Shown in pieces: positions 1 through 10,314 of a DNA stretch of 64,000 nt. Below the pieces are notes generated by a model. The model did not search any database. It saw nothing but the letters and a program-made list of their open reading frames with translations, and was not told the origin of the DNA. The DNA is from an uncultured delta proteobacterium. Its GTDB lineage: Bacteria; Desulfobacterota; WTBG01; CAIYCZ01; CAIRTM01. The DNA lies in the NCBI GenBank assembly GCA_963804955.1, contig CAWDSQ010000007.1:288001-352000 (forward strand), given 5' to 3'. Each line of letters opens with the position of its first letter. Within the stretch, counting starts at the first letter, position 1. Made by a program: the position numbers and the translations under genes.

Positions 1-338
1 AACCGACCGGCGAGCGAGTATCCGCAGATCGCTTTCGGGGTACAGAAACAGCAGCACTTCCTGCCCTTCGACAAACCGGGGGGCGCGGGCATACATGCTT
101 GCGGCCCTGTGCATGCGCAGGGTCACCGTGTCGGCCGCATCGCCTTTGAGCATACGGTGGGCTGAAAAGGTATAGACAAGGGCGTGCGTCCTGGGTTTCA
201 ACGCCGGTGCAGACGCCCCAGACAATTTTTCCTGCGCTGCGGCACAGGCCTTCAAGGTTCAGCTCGCGCACAGCTGCGCCGTGGGCATGGCTGCACAGCG
301 CGCAAAAGCAGTATGCCGGTTATGATGTATCGTTTCAT
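1..338 (-). CDS. Hypothetical exported protein (partial, runs off window start; frameshifted)
   Basis: GAGAGGA RBS upstream of ATG at 338. Signal-peptide-like MKRYIITGILLL..., then after a 1-nt slip AAVRELNLEGLCRSAGKIVWGVCTGVE... open to the window edge. Confidence 0.5.
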
Positions 339-480
339 GGCTGGTCCTCTCATGTATTAGTTACCTACATATATACCACGGGATCAGTATAATGGCCACC
401 GGCCACCTTTTGCTTGACATTACTGCATTTTCAGACAAAAAATAAACATTATTTTTTTACCTGTTCGGAGACCGCTACCG

Positions 481-965
481 TGAGAAGGAAAAATCCTGTT
501 GTTTGCACTGCTGTGTATCATGGCCGGCGCCGTGCTGCTGCAGGCCTGCACCTCGTTGCCGCAGCAGGAAGGAGATGCAGTCCATGGCCCGGGTTTTTGA
601 CCGACCCTACGATGAGGTCTGGCTTTCTGTTGAGGACCTGCTGCACCATGATCTCAAATGCATTTTTAAAAAAAATGATAAAAAAGACGGCGTTCTTGAA
701 ACCGAGTGGGTTCACCGCATGGATACGGAGGGCAAGAAGCGCTGGATGATCCGCGCCACATGTGCGCAACGTGAAAGGCGGCGTCGAAGTGGTTCTGTAC
801 AAAAAAGTCGAGCTTCAGGACGATGTAAGCAAAAGCATCGATAAATACAGAAACAAAAAAAAGGACAACGCCGCAACGCCCACAAGCGGATGGAAAAAAA
901 CCGATGTAAATCTGACATCGGTTGATGACCTGTACCGGCAACTGGAGATCAAGCTTGAAAACTGA
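481..965 (+). CDS. Putative outer-membrane lipoprotein (BamC/NlpB-like repeat); frameshifted
   Basis: Joined across frames: ILLFALLCIMAGAVLLQAC (lipobox) ... RVFDRPYDEVWLSVEDLL...DGVLETEW ... VEVVLYKKVE...LYRQLEIKLEN*. Confidence 0.5.
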
Positions 966-998
966 CGCGGGCTATTCTGCAGGCTTTCCCTGCGGCGC

Positions 999-1451
999 AT
1001 GTTTTTGGCTTTCGTGTGTGCCGCATGGCTGCTTTGCTGCCTGCTGGCACCGGCAAGCTTTGCGCAGGCCGAAAGCCGGCAGCGCAGCCAGTTCAGCCGC
1101 GCGGAGATCAACTGGGCCACAACCTGGATCAACAATGCCCTGCCCAACTTTATGCAAAAGGGCATCATTGTCAAAATCAGCACAAAGGATGACGGCTTTC
1201 AGGTGTTTGCAGGCAAGCCCTGGTATGAGTTGACCTTTACGCAGCAGGGCGAATTTCTGAAAAATCTTGCCCGGTCCCGTGAAATAATCGGCCATCCGCC
1301 GCAGTTTTCGGTTGTTGATGTCGATTCCTCTGCAACCATTGCCCGCGTATCCTGGTCGAACATCGAAATACTCACCCCCACTGAGGGCTTCAAGTACTAT
1401 CAGCCCCCGGCAGATGATGCCGCAACAACCACGACAACCACAGCGTACTGA
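999..1451 (+). CDS. Hypothetical exported protein
   Basis: 150-aa ORF with signal peptide (LLAPASFAQA) and Thr-rich tail; tightly packed between neighbours. Confidence 0.6.
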   Translation: MFLAFVCAAWLLCCLLAPASFAQAESRQRSQFSRAEINWATTWINNALPNFMQKGIIVKISTKDDGFQVFAGKPWYELTFTQQGEFLKNLARSREIIGHPPQFSVVDVDSSATIARVSWSNIEILTPTEGFKYYQPPADDAATTTTTTAY

Positions 1452-1455
1452 CTTC

Positions 1456-2159
1456 ATGAAAGCATATTTTATAACCGGCACTGACACGGGCGTCGGCAAG
1501 ACCATGGTGACAGGCGCCATTGCCGCTGCTCTGGCAGCCAGGGGGCTTTCTGTGGGCGTACTGAAGCCCTGCGAAAGCGGCTGCGATGAAAAGGACGGCG
1601 AGCTTGTGCCGGCAGACGCGGTTTTTCTGCGGGATATGGCCGGCTGCGCTGACGGGCTTGATGCCGTCTGCCCCTATCGCCTGCGGACTGCGCTGGCGCC
1701 GGGCGTGGCAGCACAGCGTGAAGGCATTGTCATCGATCCGACGCGGATTGAAGCATTTTTTGCCGCTGCCTGCCGCAGGCATGACATCGTGCTGGTGGAG
1801 GGGGCCGGAGGGCTTCTGGTGCCGGTAACTGACACGGCTTCTGACCATAGACCTGGTAAAACTGCTTGCCATGCCTCTCATCATCGTCGGTCGGCTCTCT
1901 CTTGGCGCCATCAACCACATGCTGCTCACGGTGCGCGAAGCGCAGCGGGCAGGGGTGGCGGTTGCCGGCATGATACTCAACCAGACCGCTCAGGAGCAGG
2001 GCCTTGCCGAGCAGACCAATCCTGAAGTCATATGCCGTTTTACCGATGCGCCGCTGCTGGGCATCATGCCGTTTGTGCCGAGCGGCAGACCGCCGGGAAC
2101 AGAAAGGCGCTTGCAGGACCTTGCCGAAAGGCATCTTCTCCTGAGCCTGCTTTGCCTGA
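1456..2159 (+). CDS. bioD: Dethiobiotin synthase (frameshift near 1835; 3' end uncertain, in-frame stop is 2407)
   Basis: MKAYFITGTDTGVGKT P-loop, KPCESG, LVEGAGGLLVP; second frame PLIIVGRLSLGAINHMLLT...GMILN. Confidence 0.92.
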
Positions 2160-2221
2160 AGCGGGCAGCGTCCGAAGCTGGTATTCCGACCCGTAAGCGC
2201 CTGCACCGGCTTTGGCCGGAC

Positions 2222-2775
2222 TCACTTCCATGCAGACCCGTTCCACTTCTTATACCGGATAACGCCGGTGCTGATCAAGCCTACGGCGCGGGCCGAGCCT
2301 TTTTTGTTTGTAAAATACACGTATCCGGCATTGCTCAGGCCCATCGGATTAAACGATACCCGCATGCCCTGAAAGGTAACCGGGCTTTCAGGCAGATCTC
2401 CGCCTGATGCTGCAGCGCTTTTCGTCGCCTTACCGAATCCGAACTGCACGCCGCCGGTACCGGCCGCTCAGTGAGCCGTATTCCTTGCCGGGAATGATTG
2501 TTTTGTTCTGTCCGTCCGCATCAAAAACATAATGGCCATCAAACTTTCCACCTGTATCTATGAGTTCAAATTCAATGACAACAGTTCTTTTTTCCTTTAT
2601 GGCCTTCGACCGTGCTCTGCGCAGCAGCGAAGAAAAATCATGGGTTGCCATTGTCAGCCATAGGCTTCAACAGCTTCATTAATATTGGACGACTGAAATG
2701 GCAGACAGTATGCCGAGTATCGTAACCACGACCATCAATTCGACAACGCGTAAAACCTCTTTTCCCCTGCTTCAT
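2222..2775 (-). CDS. GspH/FimT-family minor pilin or pseudopilin (several frameshifts)
   Basis: MKQGKRG|FT(L)VELMVVVTILGILSAI class III signal; LRRARSKAIKEKRTVVIEF; C-terminal VSFNPMG...GYVYF...AVGLISTGVIR typical of FimT/GspH. Confidence 0.75.
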
Positions 2776-2989
2776 ACCACCCCCAACAATAATAATTAGT
2801 TAGATAATTAAAATATGTAGATAATAATTAGCTTAATTTTTAATTAACTTCAATTAAAAATTTATGCTAGGGCTGTCATATTTATTCCGGGGATACGGCA
2901 TGCAGAGCAGAGAGGATTGAATATATAAAAACCGGATACGGCTTTTTTGAGAATTTTATCACTCCAGGCACAACTTCAATGGCCATACC

Positions 2990-3030
2990 TTGACTTACAT
3001 CAATGATAATTTCTGATGCGTCGCTATAAT
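2990..3030 (+). promoter_or_regulatory. CRP/FNR-family (HcpR-like) box TTGAC-N4-ATCAA plus TATAAT -10, upstream of HPP gene
   Basis: TTGACTTACATCAA at 2990-3003 and TATAAT at 3025-3030; site centre at about -40.5 (class II geometry). Confidence 0.6.
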
Positions 3031-3080
3031 CAATACATAGACTGTCAAACGATTTTTAAAAAAACAGCCGGGGCACAAAC

Positions 3081-3885
3081 ATGGGCGATACCAAAACGAC
3101 TGCTGCGAAAAAAGCCGAAGACCTTTCGGACAGCGATATCTATCAGGCTATGGAAGAAATGTCGGGATATGTGGATATTACGCTGGAGGATTTCAGGGAG
3201 ATATACCGGCATGCCTACCAGCATGCCCACAAAAGTATCCTTGGCACGATCCGCAGATCAAACAGAGGTTGTGCCCGCGGTTCCCTGCGGCAGTGACTAT
3301 CAAAAAACCGTGCCGCCTGCCATGCCGGCAGGCTTGTGCCCGGCTGTAAAAAACTATTTTAAAAAAATGCAGGGCTCGGAGCACAGCCCGCCCCGAGTCG
3401 GGTTAATGGAAATATGCTGGTCATGGAGCGGGGCTTTTTTGGGAATAGCTTTAGTCGCGTACTGCAACTTCACGGTTCTTGACCAATCTGACCTGCTGCT
3501 GCTTATCGGATCGTTTGGCGCTTCGGCGGTCCTGATCTACGGCGCCATTAAAAGCCCGCTGGCTCAGCCCCGGAACCTTATCGGCGGACATATTCTTTCC
3601 GCTGTTATCGGCGTTGCCTGCTACCAGTGCTTTTCTTCCAACCCCTGGCTTGCCTCCGCACTGGCAGTGGCAACGGCCATAGCCGTCATGCATGCAACCA
3701 AAACGCTGCACCCGCCCGGCGGCGCGACCGCCCTCATAGCCGTTATCGGCAGCGAGCAAATCCATAGCCTGGGCTATCTTTACGCGCTTATTCCCGTGGG
3801 CTTCGGAGCTCTTCTGATGCTGGCAGTTGCACTCGTGGTCAACAATATACCTCATTCCCGGAGATATCCGGAATTCTGGATATAA
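3081..3885 (+). CDS. HPP family membrane protein with N-terminal soluble extension (frameshift near 3240)
   Basis: SFGASAVL, SPLAQPRNLIGGH and TKTLHPPGGATAL motifs; N-terminal LSDSDIYQAMEEMSGYVDITLEDFREIY in another frame. Confidence 0.88.
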
Positions 3886-4027
3886 GCAGGTACCAGTGAA
3901 AAAATATTTGTCTCAATTATGGCATTAACGGCTGTTGTCCTCATGATCCTTGTGAAGCATAACAGTGAAAATTAAAATTTTGCCTGTTTCAGGATAGGCT
4001 ATGAGTTCTAACACAAAGGAGAAGGTC

Positions 4028-5288
4028 ATGAAAAGACACATCGCTCTACTGACGTATCTTATCGCCGCGATGCTCTGCTGCAGCCTGCCGTGCAGCGCAG
4101 CAGAAGTAAAATTTCCGACCCTCTCCTATGAGGGCGCAGAGCTTGCCGAAGTGAAGGAATGGGAAAAGACCTGGGCCGGCAAGAAGGTAACAACGGAAAA
4201 TGTTGATCAGGTAAAAGAGTTTCTCCATGAAGCTGTGTACAAGGCGATGAAAGATCCATCGATTTTCGGGGCGAAATCCCTCTGGTTTGATATAGTTCCG
4301 TACCGGCCCTATGAGGTATCAAAAGGGCTTATTGAAGCGACGCAGAACTATGCCCCTTCCAGTAAACTCGACGCAAAAGAAGATCTTGTCGGCTACGGAG
4401 ATGTTGCAGGCTACCCCTTCCCGCAGCCGAAAACCGGTATTGAAATGGCATGGAATTTTGATTCCAATACCCGGGGTGACAGCAGCCACCTGTTTCATGG
4501 CGGTACCGTTGTCGACTGCAGAACCGATCATGAGCGTGAAGCAGGTCACCTGCGGTGGGAACTTTCCTGGATAGGACGCTGCGACGTGCCGCCGGTTCCT
4601 AAAATACCAAACAGCGAAAACACGCGCGACATTGCCCGTACATTCTTTGCGCGCCACACAGCGCCAGCCGACTTTGTTGATACCACCATGCTTGAGGTCA
4701 GATATAAGGATAACAGGGAAGAGGATATGTGGGTGTATACGGCGATGTTCAGGCGCATACGGCGCTATGCAACCAGCCAGCGGACGGACACGATCGACGG
4801 CACGGACATGATTTATGACGATCAGGAAGGATGGTACACGCATCCTACCCGCAACACCTACGCTGCCAAAGGCAGGGCCGATCTGCTGGTTGGCAGGCAT
4901 CAGGACCCGAAAAACGTGCAGCGCGAGCATGGCCAGGGATTCTGGAACGGCTTTCAGAGAGAGCGTGCCAACCACTGGGTTGTTGAGGTTATCGACAAGG
5001 ACCCGAGCTATATTTACAGCAGGCAGATATGGTATCTGGACCCGGAAACATGGCAGATGAACTTCAAGGTCATGTACAACCGCCAGGGGAGCTCTGGAAA
5101 ATGTATGAAATAACCTATAACGAAGCTCCGTCGTATGGCGGGGAGAAACAGCAATGCCCAGTTCCGAGCACATTGTCGACTTTATCCGCCGCCATGGAAG
5201 CCCCGGCAACAGGGAGATAAAGGGCGTGGGCATCACTATTCCCCTGAAGCAGTTTACGACCAGAGCGCTGCAGGAAAAATCATATTAA
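4028..5288 (+). CDS. DUF1329 domain periplasmic protein (frameshifts near 5090-5160)
   Basis: Signal peptide; ITTENVDQ-like start, GYPFPQPKTGIEMAWN, WVYTAMFRRIRR, YIYSRQIWYLDPE, YNRQGELWK. Confidence 0.8.
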
Positions 5289-5303
5289 CAGGTTGAATAG
5301 CTG

Positions 5304-5657
5304 CTATATTTTCAGATCGTTGCTGAGTTTATACCGTATCTTCAAGGGTTGCGTATAAAATACACAGGCAGACATGCCTGTAAATATAGCAACTACGCCA
5401 AGAATAACCGCGAGTCTTGACCATGGCATTCCAGCGGCTATGCGCTGCGTCACCAGATCATACAACGTTCTGAACCATTCCAGCGATGCTAAGACAAGAC
5501 AAAACTGAACAATGCGAGCTGACCGGCGTTTTGGAATAAAAAGAAGCAGGGGCACGGCCAGGCTGACACCCGCAAGAATAAAAAATCCCGAACGCAGAAA
5601 ATGAGCTGCGATAAGAAGCATACTTATAAAAACCGGGGCGACCCTCAAAAAAATCAT
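5304..5657 (-). CDS. Small hypothetical membrane protein (about 4 TM)
   Basis: MIFLRVAPVFISMLLIAAHFLRSG...GMPWSRLAVILGVVA; hydrophobic throughout. Confidence 0.7.
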   Translation of the reverse strand: MIFLRVAPVFISMLLIAAHFLRSGFFILAGVSLAVPLLLFIPKRRSARIVQFCLVLASLEWFRTLYDLVTQRIAAGMPWSRLAVILGVVAIFTGMSACVFYTQPLKIRYKLSNDLKI

Positions 5658-5744
5658 TTCAGCACACCATAATGACTCCCGTTTATTCAACCTGACACAA
5701 ACAAAACACAGCGCAGTTCTTTTTCTCATCTATTTTTTTTCTCA

Positions 5745-5875
5745 GAGCGTGTATGAAAAGTCATGTACTGTCATCCTGAACGAAGTAAAGGATCCATGAA
5801 TTCAGTACAACTACGGGATTCTTCGCTGCGCTCAGAATGACAACACAAAGGTGCTTTGGCTTTTCGTGCACGCTC
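5745..5875. mobile_element. MITE-like element with imperfect TIRs, TCA direct repeats and internal REP-like hairpin
   Basis: GAGCGTGTATGAAAAGTCA ... TGGCTTTTCGTGCACGCTC flanked by TCA (5742-5744 and 5876-5878); internal TGTCATCCTGAACGAAG...CTTCGCTGCGCTCAGAATGACA (5769-5842). Confidence 0.7.
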
Positions 5876-6208
5876 TCAGGACTTTATCATCACGAGCATC
5901 ATTTTCATGCGTGTGAGCGCCTGCAGCGCATGGGGCTTGTTTGCGGGCATGATGATCATGTCGCCGGCTTTGAGGTCATGCGGCACGCCTGCTATTTTTA
6001 TCTGCACCGTGCCGTCAAGCACCTGCACCAGCGCGTCAAACGGAGCGGTATGCTCGCTCAATCCCTGCCCCTGGTCAAAGGCAAAAACCGTGACCGTGCC
6101 CGTATCCTTGCGGATAACCTCGCGGCTGACAATGGAGCCCTGCTGATAGGCAACAATGTCTTCTATAGAAAAAACCTTTCCTGTTTCTTGAGTCATGTTT
6201 TCGGTCAT
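5876..6208 (-). CDS. Cupin domain protein
   Basis: VFAFDQGQGLSEHTAPFDALVQVLDG...LKAGDMIIMPANKPHALQA cupin motifs. Confidence 0.88.
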   Translation of the reverse strand: MTENMTQETGKVFSIEDIVAYQQGSIVSREVIRKDTGTVTVFAFDQGQGLSEHTAPFDALVQVLDGTVQIKIAGVPHDLKAGDMIIMPANKPHALQALTRMKMMLVMIKS

Positions 6209-6321
6209 ACTACCCTCCATACTGTTTTAAAATACCTGTTTTAAATGAAGCCCCTCTTGCCTGTGGCGTTTAGTTTTTTCACCTTTTACCGTTTTTCCGC
6301 GCTGCACGCTCGACTGCTTCC

Positions 6322-7287
6322 TCATTCCGGCTTCTTTTTATCACACAACCCCGGATACAGCTTTTGAGAGCACTCAGGACAAATGCCATGAGAAAAATCA
6401 GCATCTGTTCTTTCGCTGATATAGTGCTCAAAACGCACCCAGGCCTGCTGGTCCCTATAATCTCCATCCTCAACCCTAATCTTTCCGCAGTTGCAGCAGA
6501 CCGGCAAAAGGCCCTCCAGAGTCTTTATTTGCAGCAGCGCATCCTTCAACGCAGCAATGCCCGCAACAAGCTTGCTGCCGGAAAACAAGACAATGAACAA
6601 ACTTATAATCAAAATAAAAATGTGCCCGCCGATAAGCCGCAGCTTCATTTTTTCTATTGCTGCAATAAAAGGAGCATAGGAAAACGATACACTGATCCCC
6701 CCTCTGATATCCCCAACTTTATAGCCCTGTTTTGCATGACAGTTCAGACATGATGCGTCTGTTATCAAAGGCGCCATATACCGGAAGAAGGGGGGGGCGC
6801 CTGATTCATCAAGGATAGAATCCTCTCTTCCGCCCTTTTCAAATCCTTCAAGCACTTTTTGCTCCCAATCAGTTGGCTTATTTACAGGGTTAACTGGTTT
6901 AGCGCTCGTAATGCGCAGCTGAATGCCTTTCTTCCGGCGCAACAACTCGGATATCTGCCGCGTCATAAAGGCTGGATTTATTTTTGTAAGCGGGCCATTT
7001 TCTGTCGTTATGTCACGATCTGGGCTATCAAGATAAGGATTGGGCCGTGTTTCTCCATGTACCGGTGCGTATACGCCGCCATGAAAAGCATTCCATTCCC
7101 GGGCAACAACAATAGTCTCATAAACAGAGCGGGCATTCTGAAGAGCCAACTGCTTATACTCATCTCCAATGTTTTTTATGTTAAAAAAAAGGGAACCCCC
7201 TATCCCGGCAAAAAGGATAAGGCAGACAAAAAGCATAAACCTTCTTGCATCAGAAACAGTCTCAAAAGTCTTTATGCTCGACACCAT
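6322..7287 (-). CDS. DUF3365/Tll0287-like heme-c sensor protein with C-terminal Cys-rich (zinc-ribbon-like) domain
   Basis: Two TM segments; WNAFHGGVY, TKINPAFMTRQISE, RITSAKPVNP, CLNCH heme motif, GDIRGGISV; tail LLPVCCNCGKIR...FSHGICPEC. Confidence 0.85.
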   Translation of the reverse strand: MVSSIKTFETVSDARRFMLFVCLILFAGIGGSLFFNIKNIGDEYKQLALQNARSVYETIVVAREWNAFHGGVYAPVHGETRPNPYLDSPDRDITTENGPLTKINPAFMTRQISELLRRKKGIQLRITSAKPVNPVNKPTDWEQKVLEGFEKGGREDSILDESGAPPFFRYMAPLITDASCLNCHAKQGYKVGDIRGGISVSFSYAPFIAAIEKMKLRLIGGHIFILIISLFIVLFSGSKLVAGIAALKDALLQIKTLEGLLPVCCNCGKIRVEDGDYRDQQAWVRFEHYISERTDADFSHGICPECSQKLYPGLCDKKKPE

Positions 7288-7306
7288 GCGGCACGCTCAC
7301 AATAAA

Positions 7307-8501
7307 TTATTTCAGCCTGGCGGCAAAATCTTTCCCGAACTGTACGCAGTCTTCCGTACTTTGAATATCGGGCATCCAGTTTGACCGAATGCCGTCATTC
7401 AACAATTCAAAACCGCTCTCCCGCAGGCTTTCCGTTATAATTTTCACCGACTCGCCGCTCCAGCCATAACAGCCGAAAGCGGCTGCTTTCTTCTTTTTTG
7501 AATGCCAAGGCCCTTTATCATTTCAAGCAGCCCGGCCATGGCAAACAGTATGCCCCGGTTGATGGTGGGCGAGCCGGCAAGTATTGCTTTTGACCTGAAT
7601 ATCTCGGTTATCACGTCGTTCTTGTCCGAGCGGGAGATATTATAGAGCTTCACGGCAACTGCTCCATCGGCCTCGGTAATGCCACTGGCCAGGGCCTCGG
7701 CCATTCTGCGCGTGCCCTCCCACATGCTGTCATAGACTATGGTGATCTGGTTCTCCTGATAGTCGGCGGCCCACTGCTGGTACTTCTGCACAATCTGCAG
7801 GGGGTCTGTGCGCCAGATAACACCGTGGCTGGGGCAGATCATGTCAACCGGCAGACCAAGGGCAAGCACGTCTTTTATTTTTTTATCCACCATCATGTTA
7901 AATGGCGTCAGGATATTTGCATAATACTTGATGCACTCCTGATACAGCTCTGCCTGATCAACAAGATCATTATACATAAGCTCCGAGTTGCATAATGATG
8001 GCCGAAAGCGTCATTGCTGAAAAGCACATTGTCGCGGGTGAGATAGCTGAACATGGTGTCGGGCCAGTGCAGCATGGGCGCTTCGACAAAGATCAGATCC
8101 CGGCTGCCAAGGTTGAGCTTGTCGCCGGTCTTGACGACCTGAAAATTCCAGTCCTTATGATAATATCCCTTAAACGATTTCAGACCGTTTGCCGTGCAGT
8201 AGATCGGCCTGTCAGGTATCTCCTTCATAAGCTCTGGAAGCGCCCCGCTGTGATCGGGCTCGGCATGATTGGCTATGACATAATCAATCTTCTCCAAGGG
8301 CAGCACTGTTTTAAGATTTTCAACAAACTCTTTGCCGAATCTCGCCCATACCGTATCGATGAGTGCTGTCTTTTCATCCTGAACCAGATATGAATTATAT
8401 GTTGAACCCCGGTGCGAGGAATACTCCTCGCCATGAAATTTGCGGATTTCCCAGTCAATCTTGCCGACCCAGGTAATGTTGTCTTTAATTTTAAAGCTCA
8501 T
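7307..8501 (-). CDS. fprA: Flavodiiron protein (FprA/Roo; NO or O2 reductase), frameshifted
   Basis: [29 protein letters not shown] and PSHG diiron motifs; flavodoxin [21 protein letters not shown]; ends [10 protein letters not shown]. Confidence 0.92.
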
Positions 8502-8515
8502 CTGTCATTCCTCCT

Positions 8516-9576
8516 TCACCAATATTTGTTAGTTTTATTTAATTCAGACAAATATTCAGCGCGAAGCTTAGCTGAAAGCTTCTTTGTCAGCGCAAATGCC
8601 TTTTCTACCGTTCTTTCCCGGTCAGCGTTCACCAGACAGCAGGTTGCCGGCGAAAGCATGCTTTGTGATAAAAGAAGATCCCTGTCGATGCCGCTCTTTG
8701 TGAGTTTATTCCCATAAGCTTTTAAGCCGGCTCTCGATGGAGGCAAGGGTTTCTTTTTCAAACGGCTCGATATTTGTCGGTATGCCGCCCCAGACAATAA
8801 TGCCGCCCCGGTCGAGAAAGGCTTTGATTGATGCGGGGTAGGAGGTAAATATTTCTCCGTTGCTGTAGGTATCAAGAGAGAGCACATTCATATCGAGCTG
8901 TCAGCAAAAAATCCCAGTCCGGATTGCCGCAGAGATGGATGCCGACAGGCCGTTCAACAAGAGAAAAAAAAGTCTCCAGATCACGCTTTGCCGCCATGTC
9001 ATTGTAGCCGGACATGCCGCTGAAAACAAACTGCAGCCCCGGCTCATCAATAAACATAAACGCATTGGGGTTAAGCTTTTTTAATTTTTGCAGCTGCACA
9101 TTCACGCGCCGGGCCAGAAACTCAAGCATGAACGGCCGGACAGTATCGTCGAAAATGATGGGCCGTTTATCCTGATCGAGAATATTCATTCCAAGGCTTA
9201 CCGGACCTTCAATCTGCCCCCGAATGGCAGGTCTGTCTGCAAGGTCAAGCGCCAGAAACCGGTGGTATACCGCTGAATAGTTCGTGCTGATATCAAAGTA
9301 TTCCGGCGTCTCAAAATGAGCGGCTGTCTGCTCAATCTCCTGAATAAATTTTTCAAAGGAAAAACTCAGCGTCCGGTCCGTCAGGTTTAACTGTATGCCC
9401 GGAAAATGTTCTGATGCCTGCACATACATATCTTCATAATAGCTGAGCAGGGGAAGCTGCGGCCAGAACGGCACATCAAGAGAAAGCGCTGCTTTCAGCG
9501 CCTGATCGACATCCGTATGCGGCATGACGGCCATTGCTGTTGTGAGAAGATTGCCGGGTATGGTCATGTCAGGCAT
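8516..9576 (-). CDS. Single-barrel (core) MetE-like methionine synthase homolog, frameshifted
   Basis: PFWPQLP, FIDEPGL, GIHLCGN (HxC Zn ligands), DVLSLD, IVWG, LLSPATC pattern. Confidence 0.7.
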
Positions 9577-9599
9577 ATCCTTTTCAGTTGCTGTGTATA

Positions 9600-10248
9600 T
9601 CAAAAACCAAGCCAGCGCGTCACCTCGTCAACAGAAGCCCGCACTGCGGGGAAAGTTGTTGAGCGGCGCTTCATCAGCGGGATAGCCAAGCGCAACGCCG
9701 CCCAGCAGCTCTCGGTCAGCAGGAATCCCGAGATGCTTTTTTATATCCCCGGCGCAGATGACCGTTACCGTCAGCCAGCAGGCGCCCAGGCCCCGGGCAT
9801 GGGCTGCGAGCAGAAAATTTTCAAGCGCAGCGGCAGTGCTGAGCTGATACTGGTTATCTGTGCCTTTATAGGAGACAAAATACACCGCAACGGGGGCGTC
9901 GAAAAAGCGGAGGCTTTTTTCAAATATCTCATTGGGGTTGATGCCCTCCTTTTCAGCCGTAGCGATCATCACGTCAAGCACCTCCTGCTGCCGCGACTTC
10001 AGCGGCTCGGGGGGATCTCCAAAGGCATTGCCATCCTGCAAGCGCTTAAAAAAATTCTCCTCAGTAATGGCATTGACAGCCTCAAGCGCGGAGCCGGTCA
10101 GCACAATAAACTCCCAGGGCTGCTGATTGGTGGCGCTGGGAGCCCAGGTGGCAGCCTCCAGGCATTCTGCTATAAGCTCCCGGGGCGGCATGCGCCGGTC
10201 AAATACGCGAATGCTTCGTCGCTGGCGCATAACATCAAGAATATCCAT
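9600..10248 (-). CDS. Nitroreductase family protein
   Basis: RRSIRVF, APSATNQQPWEF, LAAHARGLGACW, VALGYP; true end probably VTRWLGF* at 9600 after a slip. Confidence 0.9.
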
Positions 10249-10271
10249 GGCGGCTCCTTTTTTTTCTGTTC

Positions 10272-10310
10272 AAAACAGAACAGGGGATGAAGCATCATCC
10301 CCTGTTCTGT
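10272..10310 (-). terminator. Intrinsic terminator downstream of the nonaheme cytochrome gene
   Basis: Perfect 16-bp stem ACAGAACAGGGGATGA/TCATCCCCTGTTCTGT with 4-nt loop, followed by TTT on the minus strand. Confidence 0.7.
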
Positions 10311-10314
10311 ACAT

